From Paludibacter sp. (GTDB taxonomy: Bacteria; Bacteroidota; Bacteroidia; Bacteroidales; Paludibacteraceae): a DNA stretch of 64,000 nt. Below are positions 45,564 to 54,730 of this stretch, piece after piece. Under the pieces are notes generated by a model, which saw nothing but the letters and a program-made list of their open reading frames with translations, was not told where the DNA came from and searched no databases. Position 1 is the first letter of the stretch. Each line of letters opens with the position of its first letter. The translations under genes and the position numbers were made by a program. Location of the stretch: NCBI GenBank assembly GCA_028703105.1, contig JAQVNN010000001.1, positions 1,711-65,710 on the forward strand, written 5' to 3'.

Positions 45564-46394
45564 ATGGATTCACAAACAAATTCAAAAAAACAAGGAGAAG
45601 GACATCCGATAGAAAAGATACAGATTTCGAATATCAGTAAAATTTTGTTGGTTTCTTCCGGCAAGGGAGGTGTAGGTAAATCGACTGTAGCAGCAGGATT
45701 GGCTGTTTCACTCGCGTTGGAAGGATATTCGGTGGGGTTATTGGATGCGGATATTTTTGGACCGTCAGTTCCTACTTTGTTTCATTTAACAGATGATGTT
45801 TGTCCGGAAGTAGAAGAAGTTGATGGTAAACACATGATGATTCCTTTTGAACGTTGCGGAATTAAAATTATGTCCATAGGCTTCTTTTTTGATGAAAAAC
45901 AACCGGTAATCTGGCGTGGACCCATGGTTTCGAATGCTTTGAAGCAGTTGTTGACCCAAACAAGTTGGGGTAAACTGGATTATTTGATTATTGATACTCC
46001 TCCCGGAACCGGAGATGTCATGATTACCTTATTGCAACAGTTTGAGGTGTGGGGTGCTGTTGTGGTTACAACTCCTCAATTGGTAGCACTGGCTGATGTA
46101 CAAAAAACGATTAGTATGCTGCAGGATAAAAATATTGGAACAAATGTGTTAGGGGTTGTTGAAAATATGTCGTGGTTTTCTCCCACGAAACACCCCGATG
46201 AAAAATATTATCTCTTTGGGAAAGGAGGAGGACAACAATTATCCCAAGTTTTTAATATACCTTTGTTGACACACATTCCGTTAAATGAAAAGTTAGGTGT
46301 AAATTGTGATGAAGGAAATATTAATGACATCTTTTCAGAAAATAATATAAAAGAAGCGTTTGATACTTTGATATTTGCTTTAACAAATAAATGA
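45564..46394 (+). CDS. mrp: Mrp/ApbC/NBP35 Fe-S cluster carrier ATPase
   Basis: GKGGVGKST, DADIFGPS, WRGPM, DTPPGTGD, ENMS. Confidence 0.9.
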   Translation: MDSQTNSKKQGEGHPIEKIQISNISKILLVSSGKGGVGKSTVAAGLAVSLALEGYSVGLLDADIFGPSVPTLFHLTDDVCPEVEEVDGKHMMIPFERCGIKIMSIGFFFDEKQPVIWRGPMVSNALKQLLTQTSWGKLDYLIIDTPPGTGDVMITLLQQFEVWGAVVVTTPQLVALADVQKTISMLQDKNIGTNVLGVVENMSWFSPTKHPDEKYYLFGKGGGQQLSQVFNIPLLTHIPLNEKLGVNCDEGNINDIFSENNIKEAFDTLIFALTNK

Positions 46395-46411
46395 AATAAT
46401 GAACTTTTTTT

Positions 46412-46819
46412 ATGATTGAACATGAATATCAATTCAGAGTTGCCTACCCCGATACCGATCGGATGGGAACCGTACATCACGCCAATTATGTGAAATATTA
46501 TGAGACAGCACGATGGGAATTGCTTCGAAGCATCGGACTTCCATATTCAGAACTTGAGGCGGCAGGAATTATGTGTCCGGTGGTCAGGATGAATTTTAAG
46601 TTTATTAAAACAACACGTTACGATGAATTGTTAACTATCAGGACAACCTTGAAACAGGTCGAAGGTGCGCGAATTTGGTTTAGTTATAAACTATATAATG
46701 AAAAGCTTGAATTAATCAATAAAGCTGAAACGGAATTGGTGTTTGTTGGAACTGAAGACTGAAAACCGTATAAAACCCCTGAAGTTTTGCTGAAAGCGAT
46801 AGAAAAACATAATAAATAA
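46412..46819 (+). pseudogene. YbgC/FadM-like hot-dog thioesterase interrupted by in-frame TGA at 46760-46762
   Basis: RVAYPDTDRMGTVHHANY motif; frame continues KPYKTPEVLLKAIEKHNK to TAA at 46817-46819 (135 aa total). Confidence 0.65.
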
Positions 46820-46904
46820 ATTATCATTAGCACAAAAAAATGATTGTCATGCTGATGCTACTTGTGTTTTGTGTATCTTTTTTGTTCATAATTTAGTTCA
46901 AAAT

Positions 46905-47333
46905 ATGTCTCGTCCCAAACAACATAGAAAAGTTGGTTCTCCACCTTTGATGAAGGGGTATAAACCTTTTGGTATTCCCCGTACGGAGCTTGAAACCATT
47001 GTGCTGCAGTTTGATGAATACGAAGCCATTCGTCTGCTCGATTATGAAGGGTTACTGCAGGAACAGGCTGCTGAAAGGATGAATGTCTCCAGACCTACGC
47101 TAACCCGTATATACGAACAAGCACGGCGGTCGATAGCTAAGGCATTTGTCGAAGGGAAAATGATCCTGATAGAAGGAGGAAACGTGGAATCCGACCGTGA
47201 TTGGTACCGTTGTAACAGATGTAATAAACTGATAGGAGGATTAGCCAACCATGTCAGGTGTAAACATTGTACCAGTTATGGTGATGATGAACTGGTTCCA
47301 ATTATAAAAAAAGAATCTCCTGTGTCAAAATAA
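46905..47333 (+). CDS. DUF134 family putative transcriptional regulator with Cys-rich C-terminus
   Basis: MSRPK, DEYEAIRLLDYEGL, MNVSRPTLTRI HTH, CNRC..CKHC. Confidence 0.88.
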   Translation: MSRPKQHRKVGSPPLMKGYKPFGIPRTELETIVLQFDEYEAIRLLDYEGLLQEQAAERMNVSRPTLTRIYEQARRSIAKAFVEGKMILIEGGNVESDRDWYRCNRCNKLIGGLANHVRCKHCTSYGDDELVPIIKKESPVSK

Positions 47334-47367
47334 ATATCTTGACACATAAGGAAACAATTATAATAAT

Positions 47368-47400
47368 CCCCTCAGTTCCCCCTTTAGGGGGTGGAAGGGG
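47368..47400. repeat. Short GC palindrome (CCCCC-TTTA-GGGGG core)
   Basis: CCCCTCAGTTCCCCCTTTAGGGGGTGGAAGGGG in an AT-rich intergenic region. Confidence 0.45.
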
Positions 47401-47415
47401 CTAGTACATATACAC

Positions 47416-48264
47416 ATGAAAGTGATCGTATTATCAGATAATAGATTGGTTGACAATAATTTTGAATCGGAACATGGTTTGTCGGTATATCTTGAGACAG
47501 AACAGTACAAATTTCTTTTTGATACCGGAGCTTCTGATGTTTTTATTCGCAATGCCGCCAAAGCCGGAGTAGATCTTACGCAAGTGGATTATGTGTTTAT
47601 CTCTCACGGTCACCGCGACCATGCCGGGGGATTGGAGCAGTTTCTTCAACTGAACCGAAAAGTGAAAGTGGTCTTGTCGAAATATGCCCTGAACAGAAAA
47701 TATTACTCGAAACGAACCGGTTTCCGTGAAATTGGGGTGGAACTGGATATGTCACGATATCCCGGTCGTTTTTTGTTTGTAGAAGATCAGCCTGTGTTGG
47801 CTGAAAACATACATGTGTTGAAACCTTTTGTACGCTTATTTCCTATCCCGGAAGCAAACAGAACACTTTTCATGGACAGAAGAAGTGGACTGGTATTGGA
47901 TGAATTCAAACATGAAATTGTCGTGGCAATTGGTGAACATGAACTCTTTGTGTTTACCGGTTGTGCGCATTTGGGTTTATTAAACATGCTCGAATCGGTC
48001 ACGGGAAAAACAGGTAAATTCATACGATACGTGGTTGGAGGCTTTCATTTACTTGACAGTACCGATACTCAGCAATATGAAAACCCGGACGCCATTGATG
48101 CCATTGTGCAACAAATCCGGAAAGATTATCCTCACACCCTGTTCTACACCGGACATTGTACCGGCGATGAAGTTTGCCGGCGTTTAACCCGGGAATTTCC
48201 CGGACAAATGCATGCTTTTTATGCCGGAATGGAGGTTGGATTGAACATTGATTCGCACAAATAA
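47416..48264 (+). CDS. MBL-fold metallohydrolase (COG1237-like)
   Basis: EHGLS, FDTG, SHGHRDHAGG (HxHxDH), TGCAH, GGFH, GHCTG. Confidence 0.9.
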   Translation: MKVIVLSDNRLVDNNFESEHGLSVYLETEQYKFLFDTGASDVFIRNAAKAGVDLTQVDYVFISHGHRDHAGGLEQFLQLNRKVKVVLSKYALNRKYYSKRTGFREIGVELDMSRYPGRFLFVEDQPVLAENIHVLKPFVRLFPIPEANRTLFMDRRSGLVLDEFKHEIVVAIGEHELFVFTGCAHLGLLNMLESVTGKTGKFIRYVVGGFHLLDSTDTQQYENPDAIDAIVQQIRKDYPHTLFYTGHCTGDEVCRRLTREFPGQMHAFYAGMEVGLNIDSHK

Positions 48265-48276
48265 TTGTTTTATAAT

Positions 48277-48474
48277 TTATTTCCCCAGCTCCTCGAAAAC
48301 CAACTTTGTCCTGCAGCTGGTTTGTTCATTATGACAAATTTCGAAGAGAAAGGTGTCGTTATCCAAAGCCAATCGTAGCAGCACCCATGAAAGTACCTTA
48401 TCATTGAGCTTTTGCAATCCGAAACCACTCTCTTCAGCATTATACTGAGCTGCAGTCAACAGCAGGTCGGTCAA
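48277..48474 (-). CDS. Hypothetical 65-aa ORF or gene fragment
   Basis: TTG-start ORF filling the gap between convergent genes; no recognisable motif. Confidence 0.25.
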   Translation of the reverse strand: MTDLLLTAAQYNAEESGFGLQKLNDKVLSWVLLRLALDNDTFLFEICHNEQTSCRTKLVFEELGK

Positions 48475-48496
48475 GGATGAAAGGATAATTATAAAA

Positions 48497-49522
48497 TCAC
48501 TCCACGCTGAATTTATAAATGCAATATTCTTCGTATTTTTCTCCCGGTCTCAATACCGAAGACGGAAAATGCGCGATATTCGGTGAGTTCGGGAAGTTCT
48601 GTGTTTCGAGGCAAACGGAATCTTGTTCGGCGTAGGTCTTTCCGTATTTGCCAGGTTGTTTTTCTACCCAGTTGGCGGTGTAAACCTGAACGCCAGGTTG
48701 GGTAGTAAGTACTTCCATTTTGCGACCGCTTACCGGTTCATAAAGCGTAGCAGCCAGGGCTAATTCTTTCGGCTGGTTTTTGCGGATGGTCCAGTTGTTG
48801 TCGATTCCGCGACCGGGTATGTATTCGGGTGCATCAATCACCTTGTCGATCCGGGTTGGCTGACGGAAATCAAAGGGAGAGTTGTCCACCGGACGAATTT
48901 CACCTGTCGGTGAGGCTGTATCATCCAACACGGTATGAAAATCGGCATTGATTTGCAGGATGTGATCGCGTATCGTCCCGTTGCCGGCACCTTTCAGGTT
49001 GAAATAAGAGTGGTTAGTGAGCCCGATGATCGTGGGTTTGTTGGTCGTTGCCTCATACATTATTTTCAGCTCGTTGTTGTCAGTAAGGGTATAAGTCACA
49101 CGGCATTCTAAAGTGCCCGGATAACCTTCTTCGCCATCTGGTGAAATGTATTGCATCCGGATGCTGTTTCCCGAAACTTCTTTTACTTCCCATACCTGTG
49201 CGTTGAAACCCTTGATACCACCGTGCAATGCATTGCCGCCATTGTTTTGAACCAGTGTATATTCTTTCCCGTCGAGCGTAAATTTACCATTTTTGATGCG
49301 GTTGGCAAATCGTCCGCAGGTGGCACCGAAGTACGGTTCTTTGTTGATGTTTTCCTGCAGGGTGTCGAAGCCCTGTACCACATCTTCGAAATTACCGTTT
49401 TTATCAGGAACAAGTAAGCGGATGATTTTTGTCCCGTAGTTTGTTACTTCGGCAACCATGCCGTTTTTGTTTTTGATGGTGAAGAGTTTTGCTTCTTGAC
49501 CATTTATGTTGATTGTTTCCAT
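48497..49522 (-). CDS. galM: Aldose 1-epimerase (galactose mutarotase)
   Basis: GRFANRI, LHGG, GYPG, TNHSYFNL, CLETQ. Confidence 0.95.
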   Translation of the reverse strand: METININGQEAKLFTIKNKNGMVAEVTNYGTKIIRLLVPDKNGNFEDVVQGFDTLQENINKEPYFGATCGRFANRIKNGKFTLDGKEYTLVQNNGGNALHGGIKGFNAQVWEVKEVSGNSIRMQYISPDGEEGYPGTLECRVTYTLTDNNELKIMYEATTNKPTIIGLTNHSYFNLKGAGNGTIRDHILQINADFHTVLDDTASPTGEIRPVDNSPFDFRQPTRIDKVIDAPEYIPGRGIDNNWTIRKNQPKELALAATLYEPVSGRKMEVLTTQPGVQVYTANWVEKQPGKYGKTYAEQDSVCLETQNFPNSPNIAHFPSSVLRPGEKYEEYCIYKFSVE

Positions 49523-49534
49523 TTTAATATTTTT

Positions 49535-49567
49535 AAACCTGTCAGGCTTTTAAAACCTGACAGGTTT
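49535..49567. repeat. REP-like 33-bp palindrome, copy 1
   Basis: AAACCTGTCAGGCTTTTAAAACCTGACAGGTTT between galK and galM. Confidence 0.85.
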
Positions 49568-49574
49568 GAAAGGG

Positions 49575-50735
49575 TTAATTTAATTTGGTAGCCCCATCTC
49601 CAATTTCAGCAATATAAAAATCGGGTTTGATACCAATCCGTTTTTCGTAGTTGGCGCCTACTTGCGCGATGAAGGTATTGATGGCTTCTTCTTTTACCAG
49701 CGATACGGTGCAACCGCCAAAACCGCCACCGGTCATGCGGGAGCCAATCACGCCGTCGATTTTCCAGGCTTCCTCGGCCATGCAGTCGAGTTCCGGACCA
49801 GTTACTTCGTAATCATCACGCAATGACACATGTGAAGCGTTCATCAATTGACCAAATTTTACGATATCACCAGCCTTCAATGCATTGACGGCATCAGAAG
49901 TACGCTGTACTTCACCTACAACGTGGCGGGCGCGTTTGTGGGCTATCGGATCAGTAATAGCCGATTCGATACTTTTGAATTCAGCTTCAGTCAGCTCTGC
50001 TAGGTATTTCAGCGGACGAACGGTATTCAGTTGTTCTACAGCTTTTTTACATTCAGCAACTCGCTGGTTGTAGGCACCAGAATCTAATTTATGAGGTGAG
50101 TGGGTGTTTGAAATCACGATTTTCACGCCTTTGAGTTTTACCGGTACCAGTTCAAATTCAAGGGTGTCGCAGTTCAGGTGCACTGCATGGTCTTTTGCCC
50201 CGTTGGCAGAAACAAACTGGTCCATGATGCCGCAATTCACCAACGCAAATTCGTGCTCGGCTTTCTGACCAATCAGCGCGATGTCAGCGCGGTTGAATCC
50301 GGTTCCCAGCTGGTCGTTGAGTGCGAAAGCTGTTACGACTTCCAGGGCAGCAGAAGAAGAAAGTCCGGCTCCGTTAGGCACATTCCCCCAGATCAGGATG
50401 TCGTAACCTTGCGTGAAAGTAATGCCTCTCTTGATAAATTGAGCCATCACGCCCAGTGGGTAATTGACCCATGATTTTTCCAGACGGGTAGTTAATTGGT
50501 CAAAATTGAGTGAAATTACTTCGGGTTGGTTTAGAGATCTGAAGTTCATTACTTTTTTGTCGTTTTTGGTCAGTAGTAAGTTGGTGCCAAAACTTAGCGC
50601 ACATGGGAAAACAGCGCCTCCGTTATAGTCGGTATGTTCCCCGATGAGGTTTACACGTCCGGGAGCAAAATACATGGCTTCTGCCGGTTTACCATAGGCA
50701 GCTTGAAATGCTGTTTTTAAATCTTGTGTTGTCAT
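49575..50735 (-). CDS. galK: Galactokinase
   Basis: GRVNLIGEHTDY, PNGAGLSSSA, CGIMDQ, GSRMTGGGFGG; start moved to MTTQD at 50735. Confidence 0.97.
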   Translation of the reverse strand: MTTQDLKTAFQAAYGKPAEAMYFAPGRVNLIGEHTDYNGGAVFPCALSFGTNLLLTKNDKKVMNFRSLNQPEVISLNFDQLTTRLEKSWVNYPLGVMAQFIKRGITFTQGYDILIWGNVPNGAGLSSSAALEVVTAFALNDQLGTGFNRADIALIGQKAEHEFALVNCGIMDQFVSANGAKDHAVHLNCDTLEFELVPVKLKGVKIVISNTHSPHKLDSGAYNQRVAECKKAVEQLNTVRPLKYLAELTEAEFKSIESAITDPIAHKRARHVVGEVQRTSDAVNALKAGDIVKFGQLMNASHVSLRDDYEVTGPELDCMAEEAWKIDGVIGSRMTGGGFGGCTVSLVKEEAINTFIAQVGANYEKRIGIKPDFYIAEIGDGATKLN

Positions 50736-50910
50736 TTTTTTATTTAGTTTGATGTTTTCAAAAGGTTGCGCAAAATAACAAAAAAAAACAAGAACATGGT
50801 GTCTCAAATTGATGTTCTTAAACAGAAGAAAATAAAATTATATGATTTTGGAACAAATTGGATAATTTGTGCTGCAGATTAGTTTATACTTACTGTTTTT
50901 TATTTCTTAA

Positions 50911-51597
50911 TCAGGCTATCGCGAGGGTGAAAACGCTGATGGTGATATAATCTGTTTCCATTAAGGCCATCATACATGCTTCGAGGGTAGAACCTGTTGT
51001 CAGCACATCATCCACCAACAATACATGTTTTTTCCGGAAAACTGTTTCGTCGTTTAGCGTGAAAATGCCGCTCGTGTTTTGATATCGTTCAAAAATGGAT
51101 TTTTTAGTTTGGGTAGCATTTTCTCTGATGCGTATGAGATGAGAGTTGTCAACTGGCTTATTCAATACTTCTGATAGACCTTTGGCTATCCATTCACTCT
51201 GGTTGTAGCCTCTTTTCGCATATTTTTTAGGATGAAGGGGAACCGGAACTATTACATCAACAGAGCAAAAATCCGGAGAGTCCAACAGGTCGATGGCGGC
51301 ATATTTACCGATAACCCTGCCCACTTCTTTGTTGCCATGGTATTTTAATTCATGTAATAGTTTTTGAAAAGGAGAACCTTTGTAGAAATGAAAGCAAGAG
51401 GTAGCACGGTGTACCTGAACCTTCCCCCAGAATCTTTTTTCAACGGTATTGTCGGTTTGCAGATGATAGTTGGTTTTGGGCATTTCGTGGAGACATTTCA
51501 GGCAAATAATGGATTCTCCACGGACAAGGATTTCATTGCAAATGATGCATAAATTGGGGTATAACAAATTAAGCAGGTTTGTAAACAGCGATTTCAC
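50911..51597 (-). CDS. comF: ComF family phosphoribosyltransferase-like protein
   Basis: CxxC pairs at N-terminus, RGYNQS, LLVDDVLTTGST; GTG start. Confidence 0.9.
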   Translation of the reverse strand: MKSLFTNLLNLLYPNLCIICNEILVRGESIICLKCLHEMPKTNYHLQTDNTVEKRFWGKVQVHRATSCFHFYKGSPFQKLLHELKYHGNKEVGRVIGKYAAIDLLDSPDFCSVDVIVPVPLHPKKYAKRGYNQSEWIAKGLSEVLNKPVDNSHLIRIRENATQTKKSIFERYQNTSGIFTLNDETVFRKKHVLLVDDVLTTGSTLEACMMALMETDYITISVFTLAIA

Positions 51598-51676
51598 AGT
51601 TAATCAATTTGTTAAGATAATGAACTATAACCATATAAGGTATATAAGTTCATGTAGGTTTAAAATTAAACTCCAA

Positions 51677-52039
51677 CTAAGAAAAAAGCAAATCCCAAAT
51701 TTTGGGGGTAAAAATGATAAGTCCGACACAGGCAGCAATGATGGCACTGACCAACACAGCTCCGGCAGCTATGTCTTTAGCTTTACCGGCCAGTTCGTGT
51801 TTGTTGGGTGAAACCAGATCTACCAGATTCTCAATGGCTGTATTGATGATTTCTGCACCTAACACCAATCCGAAACAAAGCAGGCACATTAACCATTCTG
51901 TCGTGCTGATACTGAAAAACCATCCGGCTATCACCACCAACGCAGCAATAACCAGGTGAATCTGCATGTTCTTTTCCGATCGGATTACCATGCGGATTCC
52001 CCTGATTGCGTTTTTAAAGCTGTGTATCCTGCTCTTCAT
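51677..52039 (-). CDS. dgkA: Diacylglycerol/undecaprenol kinase (DgkA family)
   Basis: SFKNAIRG, EIINTAIE, AKDIAAGAV. Confidence 0.9.
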   Translation of the reverse strand: MKSRIHSFKNAIRGIRMVIRSEKNMQIHLVIAALVVIAGWFFSISTTEWLMCLLCFGLVLGAEIINTAIENLVDLVSPNKHELAGKAKDIAAGAVLVSAIIAACVGLIIFTPKIWDLLFS

Positions 52040-52040
52040 G

Positions 52041-52607
52041 TTAAGCTTTTACCCGGTTGAGATAAGAACCGTCGCGGGTATCAATTTCGATCATTTCTCC
52101 TTCGTTGACAAACAATGGTACGCGAACAGTAGCACCGGACTCAACGGTTGCCGGTTTCAGCGTGTTGGTGGCAGTGTCGCCTTTTAATCCTGGTTCGGTG
52201 TAGGTCACTTGCATCTGCACTTTTACCGGCATGTCAGCATAAAGAACGGTATCTGTTGAAGCATCTGAAACCACTTCGAGTATCATACCTTCAAGCAGGA
52301 AGTCAACTCCGTTAATCAAATCGTGTGCAATCGGATGTTGTTCAAATGTTTCCTGATTCATGAAAATGTAATCTTCACCCTCCTTGTAAAGAAATTGATA
52401 CGGACGACGTTCTACACGTACATCTTCGAGTTTTTCGCCAATGTTAAAGCGACGTTCCAATACGTACCCGTTCACCACATCTTTCAGTTTGGTACGCATG
52501 AAGGTGTTACCTTTACCCGGCTTTACATGGAGAAATTCTATTACGAAATATAATTTCCCATCCATCCGGATACAGGTTCCGTTTTTAATGTCTTGAGCGT
52601 TAATCAT
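52041..52607 (-). CDS. efp: Elongation factor P
   Basis: HVKPGKG, PGLKGDTAT, VPLFV. Confidence 0.97.
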   Translation of the reverse strand: MINAQDIKNGTCIRMDGKLYFVIEFLHVKPGKGNTFMRTKLKDVVNGYVLERRFNIGEKLEDVRVERRPYQFLYKEGEDYIFMNQETFEQHPIAHDLINGVDFLLEGMILEVVSDASTDTVLYADMPVKVQMQVTYTEPGLKGDTATNTLKPATVESGATVRVPLFVNEGEMIEIDTRDGSYLNRVKA

Positions 52608-52702
52608 AAAGTAAATTTTTGAATGATTGTCAAATCATTGATTTTCAAATTAGTTGCAAAAATAGCAATTTTTTTTGAACCGCAAAAGGACATCCTGCAA
52701 CG

Positions 52703-52735
52703 AGACCTGTCAGGTTTTTAAAACCTGACAGGTCT
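52703..52735. repeat. REP-like 33-bp palindrome, copy 2
   Basis: AGACCTGTCAGGTTTTTAAAACCTGACAGGTCT downstream of argG. Confidence 0.88.
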
Positions 52736-52776
52736 AATGAAAAAACAACGTGCATTTTAGTTTTATTGTTTCGAAT

Positions 52777-53976
52777 TTATTTTTCGTTACGTTTTTGTAC
52801 GTTATAATAGATTTTCATTTGATTGCCAAGAATTTTAGTGAATCCTTTTACGTCGTCGGCACTCCAGGCACGGTTAACTTCCCCGTATTCGCCGAAATCA
52901 GTTTTCATGAGATCAAACGGACTGTCAACTCCTACCAGCGTATAACCCAACGGCCGTAAGTTGATGATTACGGTACCGGTCACATGCTGCTGAGAGCTTT
53001 CTAAGAATTTTTCGATGTCACGCATCACCGGTTCTAAATATTGTGCTTCATGTAGAAACATACCGTACCAGTTACCCAGCTGGTCTTTCCAGTATTGTTG
53101 CCACTTGGTAAGCGTGTGTTTTTCGAGCATTTTATGCGCGTTGATAATCAGCAGAGGAGCAGCAGCTTCGAATCCTACGCGTCCTTTGATACCGATGATG
53201 GTATCTCCGATGTGCATGTCGCGGCCGATACCAAACTTGTTCGCTATGTTTTCCAGTTTGTTGATGAGGTTGATTTTGTTGTTGTCCTTTTTTCCGTTGA
53301 TGGCCGTGATTTCGCCTTTCTCAAAGCTGATGGTAACGGTTTCTTCCTCTGTCTTCACTACCTGACTCGGATAAGCTGCATCCGGTAAGGTTTGTCCCGA
53401 TTTAAGGGTTTCTTTTCCACCAATGCTGGTACCCCACAAACCTTTGTTGATGGAGTACTCCATTTTACTGAAGTCGGCTACAAAACCATGTTCTTTCAGG
53501 TAATTGATTTCATATTCACGGGTCAGCACCATGTCCCTTGTCGGTGTCAGAATTTTAATATTCGGTGCCAGTACATCAAATGTCAGGTCGAATCTCACCT
53601 GGTCATTGCCGGCTCCTGTACTGCCATGCGCTACATAATCCGCATGGATTTCTTTCGCGTAATTGATAATGGCCAGCGCCTGGAAAATACGCTCTGAGCT
53701 TACAGAAATCGGATAGGTGCCATTACGCAGCACATTCCCAAAAACCATGTATTTGATACTTTTCTGGTAATACTCTTTCGTTACATCCAGCGTTTTATGT
53801 GTTTTAGCTCCAAGACGATATGCTTTGTCCTCAATCACTTTTAATTCTTCTTCGCTGAAACCTCCGGTATTCGCAACAGCCGTATGTACCTCATAGCCTT
53901 TTTCTTTTGCCAGGTACATGGCGCAGAATGATGTGTCCAGACCTCCGGAGAAGGCCAGTAATACTTTTTCTTTCAT
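52777..53976 (-). CDS. argG: Argininosuccinate synthase
   Basis: AFSGGLDTS, AHGSTGAGNDQVRF. Confidence 0.96.
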   Translation of the reverse strand: MKEKVLLAFSGGLDTSFCAMYLAKEKGYEVHTAVANTGGFSEEELKVIEDKAYRLGAKTHKTLDVTKEYYQKSIKYMVFGNVLRNGTYPISVSSERIFQALAIINYAKEIHADYVAHGSTGAGNDQVRFDLTFDVLAPNIKILTPTRDMVLTREYEINYLKEHGFVADFSKMEYSINKGLWGTSIGGKETLKSGQTLPDAAYPSQVVKTEEETVTISFEKGEITAINGKKDNNKINLINKLENIANKFGIGRDMHIGDTIIGIKGRVGFEAAAPLLIINAHKMLEKHTLTKWQQYWKDQLGNWYGMFLHEAQYLEPVMRDIEKFLESSQQHVTGTVIINLRPLGYTLVGVDSPFDLMKTDFGEYGEVNRAWSADDVKGFTKILGNQMKIYYNVQKRNEK

Positions 53977-54002
53977 ATCTATAATTTAATAACAGACTTA
54001 CA

Positions 54003-54035
54003 AGACCTGTCAGGTTTAAAAAACCTGACAGGTCT
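54003..54035. repeat. REP-like 33-bp palindrome, copy 3
   Basis: AGACCTGTCAGGTTTAAAAAACCTGACAGGTCT upstream of argG. Confidence 0.88.
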
Positions 54036-54044
54036 AAAGAACTT

Positions 54045-54677
54045 TTATGATTTTTTTAATTTATTCGCAATACGCTTAACAGTTTGTGTGATTTGCTGTT
54101 TTGCTCCGCTGGCTTTCTTTTTCTCTTCTTCCCATTTGGGGTCGTACAGCATGCCGGTGCACAGGCAGTATTTTCGGTTCGTGCGTTGCAGGATGTCGTA
54201 ATTCACACAGCTTTGACATCCTTTCCAGAAAGCTTCATCGTCGGTTAGTTCCGAAAATGTTACCGGTTTGTAGCCGAGTTCAGTGTTGATTTTCATTACA
54301 GCCAACCCCGTGGTTAATCCGAATATCTTGGCATCCGGATAAAGCGTTCTCGATAGTTCAAATGCTTTCCGTTTGATACGTTTTGCCAATCCCGCACCGC
54401 GGAATTTTTCTACGACGATTAATCCAGAGTTAGCTACAAATTGTTTATTTCCCCAACTCTCGATATAACAAAAGCCTGCGAATTCTTTTCCCGACAAAGC
54501 GATTATCGCTTTCCCTTCTTTCATTTTTGCTGCAATATATTCCGGCGATCGTCGGGCAATACCTGTGCCCCGCACCTTTGCAGCATCTTCTATCGTTTTT
54601 AATATTGTGTCAACATAGTCCAGAAATTTCTCATCCGCAATCTGGACAACAACAACGTCTTTTTTATCCGCGTTCAT
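54045..54677 (-). CDS. GNAT N-acetyltransferase (Bacteroidetes glutamate N-acetyltransferase candidate)
   Basis: RGTGIARR, FVANSGLIV, FWKGCQSC; sits between argR and argG. Confidence 0.82.
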   Translation of the reverse strand: MNADKKDVVVVQIADEKFLDYVDTILKTIEDAAKVRGTGIARRSPEYIAAKMKEGKAIIALSGKEFAGFCYIESWGNKQFVANSGLIVVEKFRGAGLAKRIKRKAFELSRTLYPDAKIFGLTTGLAVMKINTELGYKPVTFSELTDDEAFWKGCQSCVNYDILQRTNRKYCLCTGMLYDPKWEEEKKKASGAKQQITQTVKRIANKLKKS

Positions 54678-54730
54678 GTTTAAAAAATTTTTATTATAAT
54701 GCCCCTTAGAGGGTGTGTTCCGTTAACTTT

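Noticed and set aside
46760-46762. Selenocysteine recoding of the thioesterase TGA
   Set aside because: The position does not look like a catalytic Cys site, no SECIS-like hairpin follows, and no sel genes are in the window; Trp nonsense change is simpler
48277-48474. Faint resemblance of DNDTFL..CHNEQTSC to the HisI cyclohydrolase motif
   Set aside because: Spacing and the DCD motif do not match; too weak to call without a profile search
49535-54035. 33-bp repeats considered as a CRISPR array
   Set aside because: Copies are 1.3-3.2 kb apart with whole genes between them; no regular spacers and no cas genes
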